From an uncultured Chthonomonadaceae bacterium (GTDB lineage Bacteria > Armatimonadota > Chthonomonadetes > Chthonomonadales > Chthonomonadaceae), in the NCBI GenBank assembly GCA_963817895.1, contig CAWFQB010000011.1, positions 297,342 through 361,341 of the forward strand: a DNA stretch of 64,000 bases, in the 5' to 3' direction. Within the stretch, counting starts at the first letter, position 1. The number at the start of each line of letters is the position of its first letter. Positions 9,260 through 19,635 of the stretch are shown one piece after another. Made by a program: the position numbers and the translations under genes. Under the pieces are notes generated by a model. It was not told the origin of the DNA. It made no database searches and worked only from the letters and a program-made list of their open reading frames with translations.

Positions 9260-9335
9260 GGTTCTATGGTTTCAGGTATGGGTTTTATGCCTGTATCTCT
9301 TTCCTAAAACCCTGAAATCTTAACACCCTGAAAAC
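9242..9335. repeat. Degenerate inverted octamer-array element (AGGGTTYT / AAAACCCT)
   Basis: Left arm AGGGTTCTAGGGTTTTAGGGTTCT overlaps the stop codon; right arm CCTAAAACCCTGAAATCTTAACACCCTGAAAAC. Confidence 0.6.
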
Positions 9336-9357
9336 TTGTATTTTAAGGAATGAACTT

Positions 9358-11343
9358 ATGTTGTCCGTAGGTGGAATGAGAACGTTTTTCAATAAGTATG
9401 GCAACGGCTGCGCGCTGGTGCTGCTGCTCGTGTTTGCCGTGCCGTTGATCGTCAACTTCAGCAGCAATCAACTCGGCGGGCGGGCGGCGCGAAATACGCA
9501 GGGAGCCTCTGCGGAAGACACGGAAGTTGCCACTGTCAACGACCAGCCCATAACAGAAGCGGAATTTCGCCAGATGTCGTCTCTCATGCAGCAGAGCATG
9601 GGCAATGCCGCGCCGGGGCGGGCGTATGCGGAACAGCAGGGGCGCGTAGTACAGCGCCTGATCCAACTGGCCGTGATTCGGCAGGAAGCGCAGAAGCGCA
9701 ACGCCCGCCCCTTGGACGCGGATATTGACCGCCAGATTGATAAGATGAAGGAAGCGCTGGCGCAGCAGCAGGGCAAAACAAAACTCTCCGATTCGGAATG
9801 GGAAACCTTCCTGCTGAACAACCGGAACATGTCCACGTCCGATCTGCGCGAACAAACCGCCAAAGATTTGATTCCGATGGCGCTGATGAACACGCTCAAA
9901 GCCGAACAGAAGGTAACAGAAGCGGAAGCCCGCAACCAGTACGCGCAGGCGCATCTCACGCTGGTTCAGGTCGGCTATAAAGACCCGACTGTTCCCACTC
10001 TGCCCGGTCAAAAAACAAGCCTGCTGACCGAAGCCGAAGCGCAGAAAAAGGCCAACGATCTGCTTGCCAAAGTGAAAGCGGGCGCGGACATCGGGCAAAT
10101 CGCCGCCGCCAACGCCGCCACCAAAGAAGAGGCCAAAAAAGCGGGCGACGTTGGCAGCATGGCCGAATACGCGCATCAGGCCGCCGGTCAGTTCTCCCTG
10201 AATCTGCAAATCCTGTACGGCAAAGACCTTGCCGAAGCGGTACACAAACTGGAAAAAGGGCAGACAACCGAAGTGGTCAAACTCGGAGGGCCGCAAAAGG
10301 CGTATGGCTTTGCCCGCCTTGTGGATCGCAAAGTGGAAACGCCCAAAGACTTCGACCCCAAAAAAGCCATCGTCGCCCTTGCCGAACAACGCGCAGGCGA
10401 ACAGTTCACAGAACTTCTGAAAACGCTCGTGAAGTCCGCCAAAATCACCTTCAAGGATTTGGACAAAAAGGCGTACTACGATCTTGAGGAACTGGAAGCG
10501 GGGCAGCAGCCAAGCATGGAAGACATGATGAGCGGCAACACGCCCGTTATGCCCGACAAAGCCGAAACCGAAGCGAAACAGGCGCTCGTCAACAAAGAGT
10601 TCGAGGATATGGCGACACGCCACCCGGATGATGTCAACGCGGCCATTGTCGTGGCCGACAACCTCAAATCCGATCCCAAAAAGATGCTGGAACCGGGCGC
10701 GCAGGATCGGCTCATCCAGATGAACGAATCCATCATCAAAACCAGCGAGGATCAGGACCGGCTCTTTGATCTGGCAGGGCTGTATCGCGACAAAAAGCAG
10801 TACGACAAGGCCAAATCGAAATACGACCGCATCGCGCTGCTGCTTAGTTATAATCCGCCCTATGACGCGGATGCCATGCAGGCGGCGGCAACGGCGCATC
10901 GCAAGTTGGAACAGGGCTATCGCAGCATCAACCAATCGGTAGCAGCGGATAAGGAAAAGGCCACGTTCGACGAATTGCAGCAGAAAATCACGATGGAACG
11001 GCTGAAGCAGGCCGAGGAGCAGCGCAAAAACAAAACAGGTACCGGCATCACTCCCAACAGCAGCATCACGCTTCCCCCCGGCGGCAGCGCGACGGTTCCC
11101 GCCAGTGGTTCGGTTCCCATGAATCTTACGCCTGCCGCGCCTTCGGGCGCAGGCAAAGACGCGCCCTCTGCCCCTGCCGCGCCTTCTGGTTCCGGCCTGA
11201 ATCTGAATATGAACGGGAATGGAGCCGGTGGCGGTTCCTCGCCCATTCAGATTACGCCTGCCGCGCCCCCCGGCAGTCCGGCAACTCCGTCGGGGGGCGG
11301 CGCAACCCCGACGGGTACGCCCACAACCGGCACAAAGCGCTAA
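9358..11343 (+). CDS. SurA/PpiD-like parvulin chaperone with TPR-like region and Pro/Gly-rich tail
   Basis: N-terminal TM anchor, VATVNDQPIT SurA-N motif, degenerate parvulin (GADIGQIA..KAGDVG). Alternative start at 9376. Confidence 0.75.
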   Translation: MLSVGGMRTFFNKYGNGCALVLLLVFAVPLIVNFSSNQLGGRAARNTQGASAEDTEVATVNDQPITEAEFRQMSSLMQQSMGNAAPGRAYAEQQGRVVQRLIQLAVIRQEAQKRNARPLDADIDRQIDKMKEALAQQQGKTKLSDSEWETFLLNNRNMSTSDLREQTAKDLIPMALMNTLKAEQKVTEAEARNQYAQAHLTLVQVGYKDPTVPTLPGQKTSLLTEAEAQKKANDLLAKVKAGADIGQIAAANAATKEEAKKAGDVGSMAEYAHQAAGQFSLNLQILYGKDLAEAVHKLEKGQTTEVVKLGGPQKAYGFARLVDRKVETPKDFDPKKAIVALAEQRAGEQFTELLKTLVKSAKITFKDLDKKAYYDLEELEAGQQPSMEDMMSGNTPVMPDKAETEAKQALVNKEFEDMATRHPDDVNAAIVVADNLKSDPKKMLEPGAQDRLIQMNESIIKTSEDQDRLFDLAGLYRDKKQYDKAKSKYDRIALLLSYNPPYDADAMQAAATAHRKLEQGYRSINQSVAADKEKATFDELQQKITMERLKQAEEQRKNKTGTGITPNSSITLPPGGSATVPASGSVPMNLTPAAPSGAGKDAPSAPAAPSGSGLNLNMNGNGAGGGSSPIQITPAAPPGSPATPSGGGATPTGTPTTGTKR

Positions 11344-11349
11344 CGTCTC

Positions 11350-12135
11350 ATGCGCCGCATTCCTGTTCCGCGCGCGTCTGCCGCCCCGGTTCCAACGGCG
11401 GCAGACGACGCAAGACTGGCCGCTTCCTTTAACCCGCCCACGTCCGGCCCATCTATGCCGGGAACTTTGTATCTGGTTCCTATGCCCATTGGCAACCCGG
11501 ATGACATCAGCCTGCGCGGACTGCGAATTCTGCGCGATGTTTCGCGCATTGCTGTGGAAAGCCTCGCCGTTTCCCGCAAATTGATGGCGCATTGGGATAT
11601 ATCCACGCCCCTGCTATCCTATCGCGGCAGAGGGGGCGAAAATAACCGCGCGGAACTGCTGTCCCTGCTGCAAACCGGGCATAACGTTGCCCTGATCTGC
11701 GATGCCGGAACACCGGGAATCGCCGATCCCTGCCTTGTCATGGTACGCGCCGCGCTGCAAAAGCATTCTCCTGTTGTCGCGCTTCCCGGCCCCGCCGCCG
11801 TTCTGGTCGCCCTGACCGCCTCAGGACTGCCTGCAAACAGGTTCGTTTTCGATGGTTTCCCGCCCCGCGAATTGTCAGGCCGAATTGAGTTTTTCAAGCG
11901 ATTGGCCCATGAGGAGCGAACCATTGTTCTGTATGAACATGCCGCTCGTCTGCGGGCAACGCTCAACGATTTACAGCAGGCGGTTGGTTCCGACCGTCCT
12001 TTAGCCCTGGTTTGGGATATGACCCGGCCTGCGGAATCGTGGCTGCGCGGAACTACCGGGGAGGTCATCGCGCTTCTTCAAAGGCAGTCCCGGCGCGGCG
12101 AAATCACGATAATTCTCGCGGGACGGACGGCGTAA
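11350..12135 (+). CDS. rsmI: RsmI-like tetrapyrrole-methylase-fold methyltransferase (divergent)
   Basis: GTLYLVPMPIGNPDDISLR, DAGTPGIADP, LPGP, FVFDGFPP. Likely start at 11455. Confidence 0.75.
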   Translation: MRRIPVPRASAAPVPTAADDARLAASFNPPTSGPSMPGTLYLVPMPIGNPDDISLRGLRILRDVSRIAVESLAVSRKLMAHWDISTPLLSYRGRGGENNRAELLSLLQTGHNVALICDAGTPGIADPCLVMVRAALQKHSPVVALPGPAAVLVALTASGLPANRFVFDGFPPRELSGRIEFFKRLAHEERTIVLYEHAARLRATLNDLQQAVGSDRPLALVWDMTRPAESWLRGTTGEVIALLQRQSRRGEITIILAGRTA

Positions 12136-12523
12136 ACCATCAACTGAATTATCAACAATGAAGAGACTTCTTCGCATCCTGGGCGGGATGTTTTCGAGAA
12201 ACGAACTACATCGGGCTTTTTGTTGTAATTCCCGTACATTTTTCCGTTCAAATTCGCGCGGAAATCGCGCATAATCTACCCGGAACTGCGGAGTGGTTCA
12301 AAAAATGTTAAAAGTGGTGAAGCGAAAAAAATATTTTTACTTTTTTTCTGAAAATTGACTGAAAACAGGTTTGTGGCACGAATCTTGCAATAGATAGAAT
12401 CAGGGAGCGTTTTCAGCCTATTTCGCGCGCGCAGTTTTTGTTGATTTTCGCTGATACATGTAGTATTCTTACTTGAACTCTGTGAAAACGGGTACAATCT
12501 ACTACAAATGAATGTGAGGAGCC

Positions 12524-13378
12524 GTGCCTCCAATAGAAACTCTTCGCGAAAGCCAGTCCGCGCAATGGCGTGTTGGCGCTGAACATGAACCGGGTATCCG
12601 CCTGCAAGACAGTATCGCTTCCGGGGAATCCGTCACTGCCGTATATTCGCCGATTACAAACCAATTGCCTTTTAGCCCAAACCAGACGGAGACGGCATTG
12701 CTTTATCAGGATACATCCACGCTTCAAAACCGCTTTAAACACGATTTCGCGGACCCTTTGTTTCCATTGAAACCGGTCTCCTACGGAACCGTCAAGCGGT
12801 TCTTTGATGTTATGCTCTCTTTGTGCTTTATCATCACGTTTTCGCCCATTATGCTGCTGACCGCGCTTTTGATAAAGCTGACCTCACGCGGTCCCGTTTT
12901 CTTCAAGCAGGTGCGCGTCGGACAGGGCGGGCGGCACTTCTGGTGCTATAAGTTCCGCAGCATGTGCGTGGACGCCGAAGACAAAAAACAACTGTTGATG
13001 CACCTCAACGAAGCTTCCGGCCCCGTCTTCAAAATCAAGCGCGACCCGCGCGTCACGCCCATCGGCAGCTTTATCCGCAAAATGAGCATTGATGAATTCC
13101 CCCAATTTTTCAACGTGCTGCGCGGGGATATGTCCATTGTCGGCCCGCGTCCGCCCATTCCCGCCGAAGTATCCACATACACCGCCCATCAGCGCGGACG
13201 ACTAGCCGTTCGTCCCGGCCTGACCTGTTTATGGCAGGTGAGCGGACGCAGCAATATTTCCTTCGAGCGTTGGGTGGAATTGGATTTGCTGTACATCGAA
13301 ACCATGTCTTTCACCAACGATGTGAGGATTGTGCTGAAAACCATTCCCGCCGTCCTCAAAGGTTCCGGCGCGCACTGA
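12524..13378 (+). CDS. Polyprenyl-phosphate initiating sugar transferase (WcaJ/WbaP family)
   Basis: KRFFD, YKFRSM, DPRVT, DEFPQFFNVLRGDMSIVGPRP, PGLTCLWQVSGRS. Confidence 0.95.
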   Translation: MPPIETLRESQSAQWRVGAEHEPGIRLQDSIASGESVTAVYSPITNQLPFSPNQTETALLYQDTSTLQNRFKHDFADPLFPLKPVSYGTVKRFFDVMLSLCFIITFSPIMLLTALLIKLTSRGPVFFKQVRVGQGGRHFWCYKFRSMCVDAEDKKQLLMHLNEASGPVFKIKRDPRVTPIGSFIRKMSIDEFPQFFNVLRGDMSIVGPRPPIPAEVSTYTAHQRGRLAVRPGLTCLWQVSGRSNISFERWVELDLLYIETMSFTNDVRIVLKTIPAVLKGSGAH

Positions 13379-13383
13379 AATGC

Positions 13384-13472
13384 AGGTGTCAGGTGTCAGG
13401 TGTCAGGTATCAGGACAACAGCCTGATATAACAGGATATTTCCTGACACCTGACACCTGACACCTGACACCT
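13384..13472. repeat. Inverted heptamer-array hairpin (CAGGTGT)n / (ACACCTG)n
   Basis: 32-bp arms at 13384-13415 and 13441-13472 with 1 mismatch and a 25-nt loop. Confidence 0.92.
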
Positions 13473-13478
13473 TCTCCT

Positions 13479-14291
13479 ATGTCCCCCGTCGCTGTCATTT
13501 ATCTGGTGTGGGTTCCCCTCGGATTGCCGCCGCTTGAGCGTTTTCTGGCCTCTTACGCCCGCTTTCCCGCCGCTTTGCCCCATGACCTGATTGTTGTTTT
13601 CAATGGACACCAAACACCTGCCGAACTTATCCCCTTCCAAAATCGCCTGAGCGACGTACCCCATACCCCGCGCGTTTTTGAGACGCCACAGCAGGACATT
13701 GCCAGTTACCTCGCTGTCGCCGCCACCTGTTCACAGGAGTATCTTTGTTTCCTCAATTCTTACAGTGAATTACAGGCGACGGACTGGCTCCAGAAACTTT
13801 ATCAGCCCTTTCAATCTCCCACGGTGGGACTGGTGGGCGCAACGGGTTCGTGGGAAAGCCGTCAAATTGTGGTTCCCCTGCGGCAGTTGCGCACCTGGCT
13901 GTGCTACCGCCTGCATAATCGCCGCTGGCCCGCGTTTCCCAATCCGCATATCCGCTCTACCGGGTTTATGCTGGCCCGCGAAACCATGCTGCGCCTGTCC
14001 CTGCCTCCCATTCAGAACAAACAGGATGCGTACCGGTTTGAAAGCGGGTTTTTCAGCATGACGCGGCAGATACAATCCTGGAACCTGCAAACGCTGCTGG
14101 TAGACAGGAACGGTTCCGTCTTCGAGCCTGCAGATTGGGCAGCAATCCGCGCGTACCGTTCCGGCGATCAGAGTCAACTGTTGATTACGGACAATCGCTC
14201 ACGGCTATACGAGGAGGCTGACGCGGCCACGAAACGGCAAATGAGCCGCATGGCATGGGGCGAATCGGCTCTGCCTCTGCCCGATCCATGA
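13479..14291 (+). CDS. Hypothetical glycosyltransferase-like (GT-A) protein
   Basis: Position in the operon; LIVVFNG, YLCFLNS and VGLVG motifs resemble GT-A/rhamnan synthesis proteins. Confidence 0.55.
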   Translation: MSPVAVIYLVWVPLGLPPLERFLASYARFPAALPHDLIVVFNGHQTPAELIPFQNRLSDVPHTPRVFETPQQDIASYLAVAATCSQEYLCFLNSYSELQATDWLQKLYQPFQSPTVGLVGATGSWESRQIVVPLRQLRTWLCYRLHNRRWPAFPNPHIRSTGFMLARETMLRLSLPPIQNKQDAYRFESGFFSMTRQIQSWNLQTLLVDRNGSVFEPADWAAIRAYRSGDQSQLLITDNRSRLYEEADAATKRQMSRMAWGESALPLPDP

Positions 14292-14380
14292 ATTTACGTT
14301 CCTGTTGAGAGGCAAATGGGTATAGTCATGGTACAATACTGGCATAATAGATTGTAGTTTTATCCAGAGGAGCTTTCGCA

Positions 14381-15218
14381 TTGGAATCTAATTCATCCCC
14401 AGTTTCATCCGCTGTTTCCGGCGATCCGTCCACGGTTCCGGCCAATCCTGCCGTTGGTCATGCCGATGCCGGGACGCCCGCAGCAAACCGCCGTCTGGCG
14501 CGGCTTGCCCGTTCGCAGCGCGAGTACGTGCTGTCGGTACTGATTCCAGTTTACAACGAGGTCAACACCCTGCTGGAACTGATTGACCGGGTACGGGATG
14601 TGGAGATTACAAAAGAGATCATTCTGGTGGACGATGGCAGCACGGACGGCACGCGCGAGCTGATGCGAACGCAAATCGAAGGCCAGTTTCCTGATGTAAA
14701 AGTGTTTTACCACGAACAAAATCAGGGCAAGGGCGCGGCTATCCGAACCGCGATTTCGCAGGCGACGGGCGATTACCTGATTGTGCAGGATGCCGATCTG
14801 GAGTATGACCCGCGCGAATACTACACGCTTCTGGAACCCCTGCTGGACGGGCGCGCGGACGTGGTATACGGCAGCCGTTTCCTGGGCGGCGGGCGCGCAT
14901 CGCGTCCATTTTTTCTGGCATCGTATCGGCAATGGCCTGCTGACCCTGCTTTCCAACATGCTGACGAACCTGAACCTGACCGATATGGAAGTGTGCTACA
15001 AAGTATTCAAGCGCGAAGTGCTGCAAAGCATCAACTTGCGCTGCAACAAATTCGACTTTGAACCCGAAGTGACCGCCAAAGTCGCCAAAAAACACTGCCG
15101 CATCTACGAAGTCCCCATCTCCTACAGTGGCCGCGATTACGAAGAGGGCAAAAAAATCGGCTGGCGCGACGGCGTTCAGGCGATCTGGACGATTATCAAG
15201 TATAAGTTTACGGATTAG
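14381..15218 (+). CDS. GT2 glycosyltransferase (polyprenol-phosphate mannose synthase-like), frameshift near 14890
   Basis: [22 protein letters not shown] and QDADLEYDP in one frame; DMEVCYK, FDFEPE and ISYSGR..EGKKI in the next. Confidence 0.9.
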
Positions 15219-15224
15219 GAAGGG

Positions 15225-15285
15225 ATGAGATACGAGATACAAGATAAGAGAAGCATTGCCTCGTATCTTGTATCTCGTATCTCGT
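15225..15285. repeat. Inverted heptamer-array hairpin (GAGATAC)n / (GTATCTC)n
   Basis: 26-bp arms matching at 24 positions with a 9-nt loop; the variant unit ACAAGAT is mirrored on both arms. Confidence 0.9.
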
Positions 15286-15303
15286 GCCTCTGAGGAATTA
15301 CAC

Positions 15304-16278
15304 ATGATTCTCGTAACGGGCGGCGCAGGGTACATCGGCAGCCATTATGTTCAATACGCTCTGGAGCAGGGCGAACAGGTGGTGGTTCTGGACAATCTGG
15401 CCTACGGACACAAAGAGGCCGTGCCGGAGGGCGTACCTTTTTATGACGGCGATATGGGCGATTCCGCCCTGCTCGACAAGATTTTCACCACACACGAAAT
15501 TGAAGCGGTAGTGCATTTCGCGGCCTTCGCGTATGTGGGCGAGTCGGTCACAGACCCGTCCAAATACTACAACAACAATACGTGCGCCACGCTTGCCGTT
15601 CTGGATGCCATGCGCCGCCACAACGCCAAACATCTTGTTTTCTCCTCGACCTGCGCCACGTACGGCAATCCGCAGTACGTGCCGATGGACGAAAAGCATC
15701 CTCAGAATCCCATCAACCCCTACGGCGAAAGCAAATTTTTCGTGGAGCATATCCTGAAGGCGTTTGACCATGCTTATGGCCTGCGCTTCACTGCCCTGCG
15801 CTATTTCAACGCGGCGGGAGCTGACCCGCAGGGACGCATCGGGGAGAGCCACGAACCGGAAACGCATCTCATCCCCCTGATTTTACAGGTGGCAGCCGGA
15901 ACGCGCGACCATATCGGCATTTTCGGAACGGATTACGATACGCCGGACGGAACCTGCATCCGCGATTATATCCATATTCTGGATTTAGCGCAGGCGCACT
16001 CCCTTGCCCTCAAACGGCTGCGCGACGGCAACGACAGCGCGTTTTACAATTTAGGCAGCGAACAGGGGTATTCCGTGCGCGAAGTGATTGCCGCCTGCGA
16101 AAAGGTTTCCGGCAAAACGGTAAAGGTTGTGGAAGGCCCGCGCCGCGCCGGAGATCCGCCCCGTCTGGTGGCAAGCGCGGGCAAAGCCAAATCGGAACTC
16201 GGCTGGCGGCCCCGCTTCCAGAACATGGAAGAGATTATCGCCACAGCATGGAACTGGGAACAGCATCGCCGCTACTAA
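15304..16278 (+). CDS. galE: UDP-glucose 4-epimerase
   Basis: GGAGYIG, SSTCATYG, PYGESK, LRYFNAAGA, DGTCIRDYIH. Confidence 0.96.
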   Translation: MILVTGGAGYIGSHYVQYALEQGEQVVVLDNLAYGHKEAVPEGVPFYDGDMGDSALLDKIFTTHEIEAVVHFAAFAYVGESVTDPSKYYNNNTCATLAVLDAMRRHNAKHLVFSSTCATYGNPQYVPMDEKHPQNPINPYGESKFFVEHILKAFDHAYGLRFTALRYFNAAGADPQGRIGESHEPETHLIPLILQVAAGTRDHIGIFGTDYDTPDGTCIRDYIHILDLAQAHSLALKRLRDGNDSAFYNLGSEQGYSVREVIAACEKVSGKTVKVVEGPRRAGDPPRLVASAGKAKSELGWRPRFQNMEEIIATAWNWEQHRRY

Positions 16279-16357
16279 AGATTTTCGCGTTTTCAGCCGC
16301 AAATAAACGCGCGTAAACGCAAATATAACACCCGCAACATTCGATTAGGAAAACGCC

Positions 16358-17252
16358 ATGAAGGGAATTGTTCTTGCAGGCGGCAGTGGAACGCGCCTGT
16401 ATCCGGTCACGCAGGCCATTTCCAAGCAGATGCTGCCCATTTACGACAAGCCGATGATCTATTATCCGCTGTCTACGCTGATGCTGGCCGGTATTCGCGA
16501 CATACTGCTGATCTCCACGCCGCAGGATTTGCCCATGTTTCAGCGGCTGCTGGGCGATGGCAGTCAATACGGCATCAATCTGTCGTATGCGGAACAGCCG
16601 CGTCCTGAAGGGCTTGGCGCAGGCGTTTCATATCGGCAAGCGGTTTCTGGATGGCGGTCCCGCGTGTCTGGTGCTTGGCGATAACATTTTCTTCGGACAC
16701 GGCCTGCCCGAACAACTGCGAACCGCCGCCAACCGGTCAAGCGGCGCGACCATCTTCGGCTACTATGTCAAAGACCCGGAGCGCTACGGCGTGATGGAAT
16801 TCGACGCGCAGGGCAATGTGATTTCGCTGGAAGAGAAGCCGGCCAACCCGAAATCCGATTACGCGGTTGTCGGCCTGTACTTCTACGACAATCAGATTAC
16901 CGACATCGCCGCCGCCATCAAACCCTCCCCGCGCGGCGAACTGGAAATCACGGATGTCAACAAAGCGTATCTGGAGAAGGGTCAGCTTCATGCCGATTTA
17001 TTTGGCAGGGGTATCGCGTGGCTGGACACGGGTACGCACGAGTCCCTCTTGCAGGCCAGCAACTTTGTCGAGGCCATCGAGCAGCGACAGGGATTGAAAG
17101 TGGCCTGCCCGGAAGAAATCGCCTACCAGTGCGGCTGGATAACCGCCGATCAGGTCATGGAACAGGTGGCCCGATTGGGCAAAACCGATTACGCGAAATA
17201 TCTCGCGCGGCTTATCGCGGAAAAGCATCTGCCGCGTAGTTCAGGAGAGTAG
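16358..17252 (+). CDS. rfbA: Glucose-1-phosphate thymidylyltransferase, frameshift near 16612
   Basis: [11 protein letters not shown] and [12 protein letters not shown] in one frame; [14 protein letters not shown] and WLDTGT in the second. Confidence 0.95.
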
Positions 17253-17333
17253 GTTGTTAGGTTGTTAGTTGTTAGGGTAATGAGGAAGACTTTCCTCACC
17301 TAACAACTAACAACCTAACAACCTAACAACCTA
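17250..17333. repeat. Inverted array hairpin (TAGGTTGT)n with an inner hairpin
   Basis: Perfect 27-bp arms at 17250-17276 and 17299-17325, including a mirrored 7-mer variant. The spacer has TGAGGAA-GACT-TTCCTCA. The first TAG is the rfbA stop. Confidence 0.92.
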
Positions 17334-17357
17334 TCTTTTGAGGATTGTGTCCAACTT

Positions 17358-17825
17358 ATGAGTACATTAGAAATAGCAGCCACCATACCCGGAGTAGTTA
17401 TCAAGTCCCTGCGCAAGTTTACGGACGCGCGCGGATGGCTGTTGGAACTGTATCGCGACGACGAACTGCCCGAAGGTTTCAAGCCGGTCATGGGCTATGT
17501 TTCCCTGACGCATCCCGGCGTGGCGCGCGGCCCGCACGAGCATCGGGATCAGGCGGATGGCTTTGTCTTCATGTCGGGAACCTACGAGGTGACTCTGTGG
17601 GAGAACCGTCCGGGCCGGGAGCATACCAAACAGGTGCTGACAGTGGGCGCGGACAATCCCATTTTTCTGGTCGTGCCGCCCGGTGTCGTCCATGCGTATC
17701 GCAACATCGGCGCGGAAGACGCGACCGTGTTGAATTTTCCTGACCAACTGTACGCCGGATGGGGCAAAAAAGAGCCGGTGGACGAAATCCGCCACGAAGA
17801 AATGGATTCGGAGTTTAAACTGTGA
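17358..17825 (+). CDS. rfbC: dTDP-4-dehydrorhamnose 3,5-epimerase family cupin
   Basis: DARGW, PGVARGPHEH..Q.D, VPPGVVHAY; operon context. Confidence 0.88.
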   Translation: MSTLEIAATIPGVVIKSLRKFTDARGWLLELYRDDELPEGFKPVMGYVSLTHPGVARGPHEHRDQADGFVFMSGTYEVTLWENRPGREHTKQVLTVGADNPIFLVVPPGVVHAYRNIGAEDATVLNFPDQLYAGWGKKEPVDEIRHEEMDSEFKL

Positions 17826-18922
17826 GCGACCAGACTTCTCTACCTGCCCATGCGCCCGCGCCCGTAGACGCCAACGCCCGTAAAACTGTTCTCGTGACGG
17901 GTGGCGCGGGGTTTATCGGCAGCAACTATTGCCGCTACGCGCTGCAAAAGCATCCAAACTATCGCGTGATTGTCGTGGACGCCCTGACCTATGCGGGCAA
18001 CCTGTCCACAATGGCCGACATGCAGCACAACCCGGAAACGGCGGACCGATTCCGCTTTTATCCCGGCAAAATTCAGGACGATACCGTTATCAACGGCATC
18101 ATCAAGGCGGAAAAAGTAGATTACATCATCAACTTTGCCGCCGAATCGCACAACGACCGCTCCATTCTGGAACCGGGCAGTTTCATACAAACCGATGTGT
18201 ACGGCGTGTTCACCCTTCTGGACGCCACCAAACAGAATAATGTAGACAAATTATTACATGTGTCTACGGACGAAGTGTACGGCACGATTGATGACGGCCA
18301 GTTTACCGAGCAGTCGCCGATTGAACCGAATACGCCCTACTCGGCCAGCAAGGCGGGCGGCGAAATGCAGGTACGCGCCCACCGCATCACGTATGGAACG
18401 CCCGCGCTTGTCACCCGTTGCGGCAACAACTTCGGGCCGTTTCAGTACCCGGAAAAACTGATTCCCTTCTTCGTCACACGCCTGATTGACGACAAAAAGG
18501 TTCCACTGTATGGCACGGGGCAGCAGGTGCGCGACTGGGTGTATGTGATGGATCACTGTTCGGGCATTGACCACGTTCTGCACTACGGCACACTGGGCGA
18601 AGCGTACAACGTCGGCTCGGACGGCGAATGTACCAACATGGAGATTACGCAGCGTCTCCTCCAACTGCTCGACAAACCGGACACGCTTATCAAATACATC
18701 GGCGATCCGCGCGGCGGCGCGCATGACAAGCGGTATAGCGTCAACGCCGACAAACTGAAATCGCTGGGCTGGAAATCCGAATACGACTTCGACGCGGCTC
18801 TGGAACAGACCGTCCGCTGGTACGTGGACAATCAGCAGTGGTGGCGCGACATCATCGCCACTTCGGATTATCAGGATTTCGTCAAGCGGTTTTATGGCAA
18901 GTATCTGGGGGAAGACCTGTAA
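17822..18922 (+). CDS. rfbB: dTDP-glucose 4,6-dehydratase
   Basis: GGAGFIG, DALTYAG, AAESH.DRSI, STDEVYG, PYSASK, PEKLIP. Confidence 0.96.
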   Translation: MSDQTSLPAHAPAPVDANARKTVLVTGGAGFIGSNYCRYALQKHPNYRVIVVDALTYAGNLSTMADMQHNPETADRFRFYPGKIQDDTVINGIIKAEKVDYIINFAAESHNDRSILEPGSFIQTDVYGVFTLLDATKQNNVDKLLHVSTDEVYGTIDDGQFTEQSPIEPNTPYSASKAGGEMQVRAHRITYGTPALVTRCGNNFGPFQYPEKLIPFFVTRLIDDKKVPLYGTGQQVRDWVYVMDHCSGIDHVLHYGTLGEAYNVGSDGECTNMEITQRLLQLLDKPDTLIKYIGDPRGGAHDKRYSVNADKLKSLGWKSEYDFDAALEQTVRWYVDNQQWWRDIIATSDYQDFVKRFYGKYLGEDL

Positions 18923-18923
18923 A

Positions 18924-19037
18924 GGTGTTCGGTATTCAGTGTTCGGTGTTCGGTTCACAGTCGTGACGCGCTGAAGTAAACAGAGGCGCGTTTGCATTGT
19001 CCGAATACCGAATACCAAACGCCGAACACCGAACACC
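18924..19037. repeat. Inverted heptamer-array element (GGTGTTC)n / (GAACACC)n
   Basis: Left arm 18924-18953 and right arm 19001-19037 with degenerate units and a 47-nt spacer. Confidence 0.85.
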
Positions 19038-19050
19038 GACTGGAGCCTAC

Positions 19051-19526
19051 ATGGGTCTTGCGCTAACGAACTGGACGGACTTGGCCGTACAGATAGAGGA
19101 ACGGCGGCGTCAGGGACAGCGCATCGTGACGACCAACGGCGTTTTTGATCTGTTGCACGTCGGACACGTCCGCTATTTGCAGGCCGCGCGTGAGTTGGGC
19201 AATATGCTGGTTGTGGGCGTGAATTCCGACGCCTGCACCCGGCGCTTGAAAGGCGACTCGCGCCCGCTGGTGTCGGAGGACGAGCGCATGGAAGTATTGG
19301 CCGCGCTTGCCTGCGTGGATTACGTCACCGTGTTTGACGAGCCGACGCCCAACGCGCTGCTTGCAGTGATACGTCCCGATATTCACGCCAAAGGCGGCGA
19401 TTACGATAGTAGAGCAGATGCCGGAAACGCCCTCTGGTGCGCTCATGGGGCGGGCAGGTCGTCACGCTGCCGTTTATCGCCGGACGTTCCACAAGCCGTT
19501 TGATCGAACGCATGGAAGCGAAATAG
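19051..19526 (+). CDS. RfaE2/HldE-type heptose-1-phosphate adenylyltransferase (cytidylyltransferase family), frameshift near 19410
   Basis: [32 protein letters not shown]; the C-terminal [10 protein letters not shown] lies in another frame. Confidence 0.85.
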
Positions 19527-19635
19527 ACCTGCCATGAAGGCTCCCTGTATCCAATCCGCCAGTTGTCGAAAGCGCGCAAAGCGGAACCATCCGTGAACCG
19601 TCCGATTCGTGTTAATCCTGTGTCGAACTACTCCC

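Noticed and set aside
9242..9266. TTTTAGGG telomere-like repeat
   Set aside because: It lies in bacterial DNA, is degenerate and pairs with an inverted arm, so it belongs to the hairpin element family.
9343..11592. 749-aa minus-strand ORF
   Set aside because: Antisense shadow of the SurA-like gene; no motifs and unnatural composition.
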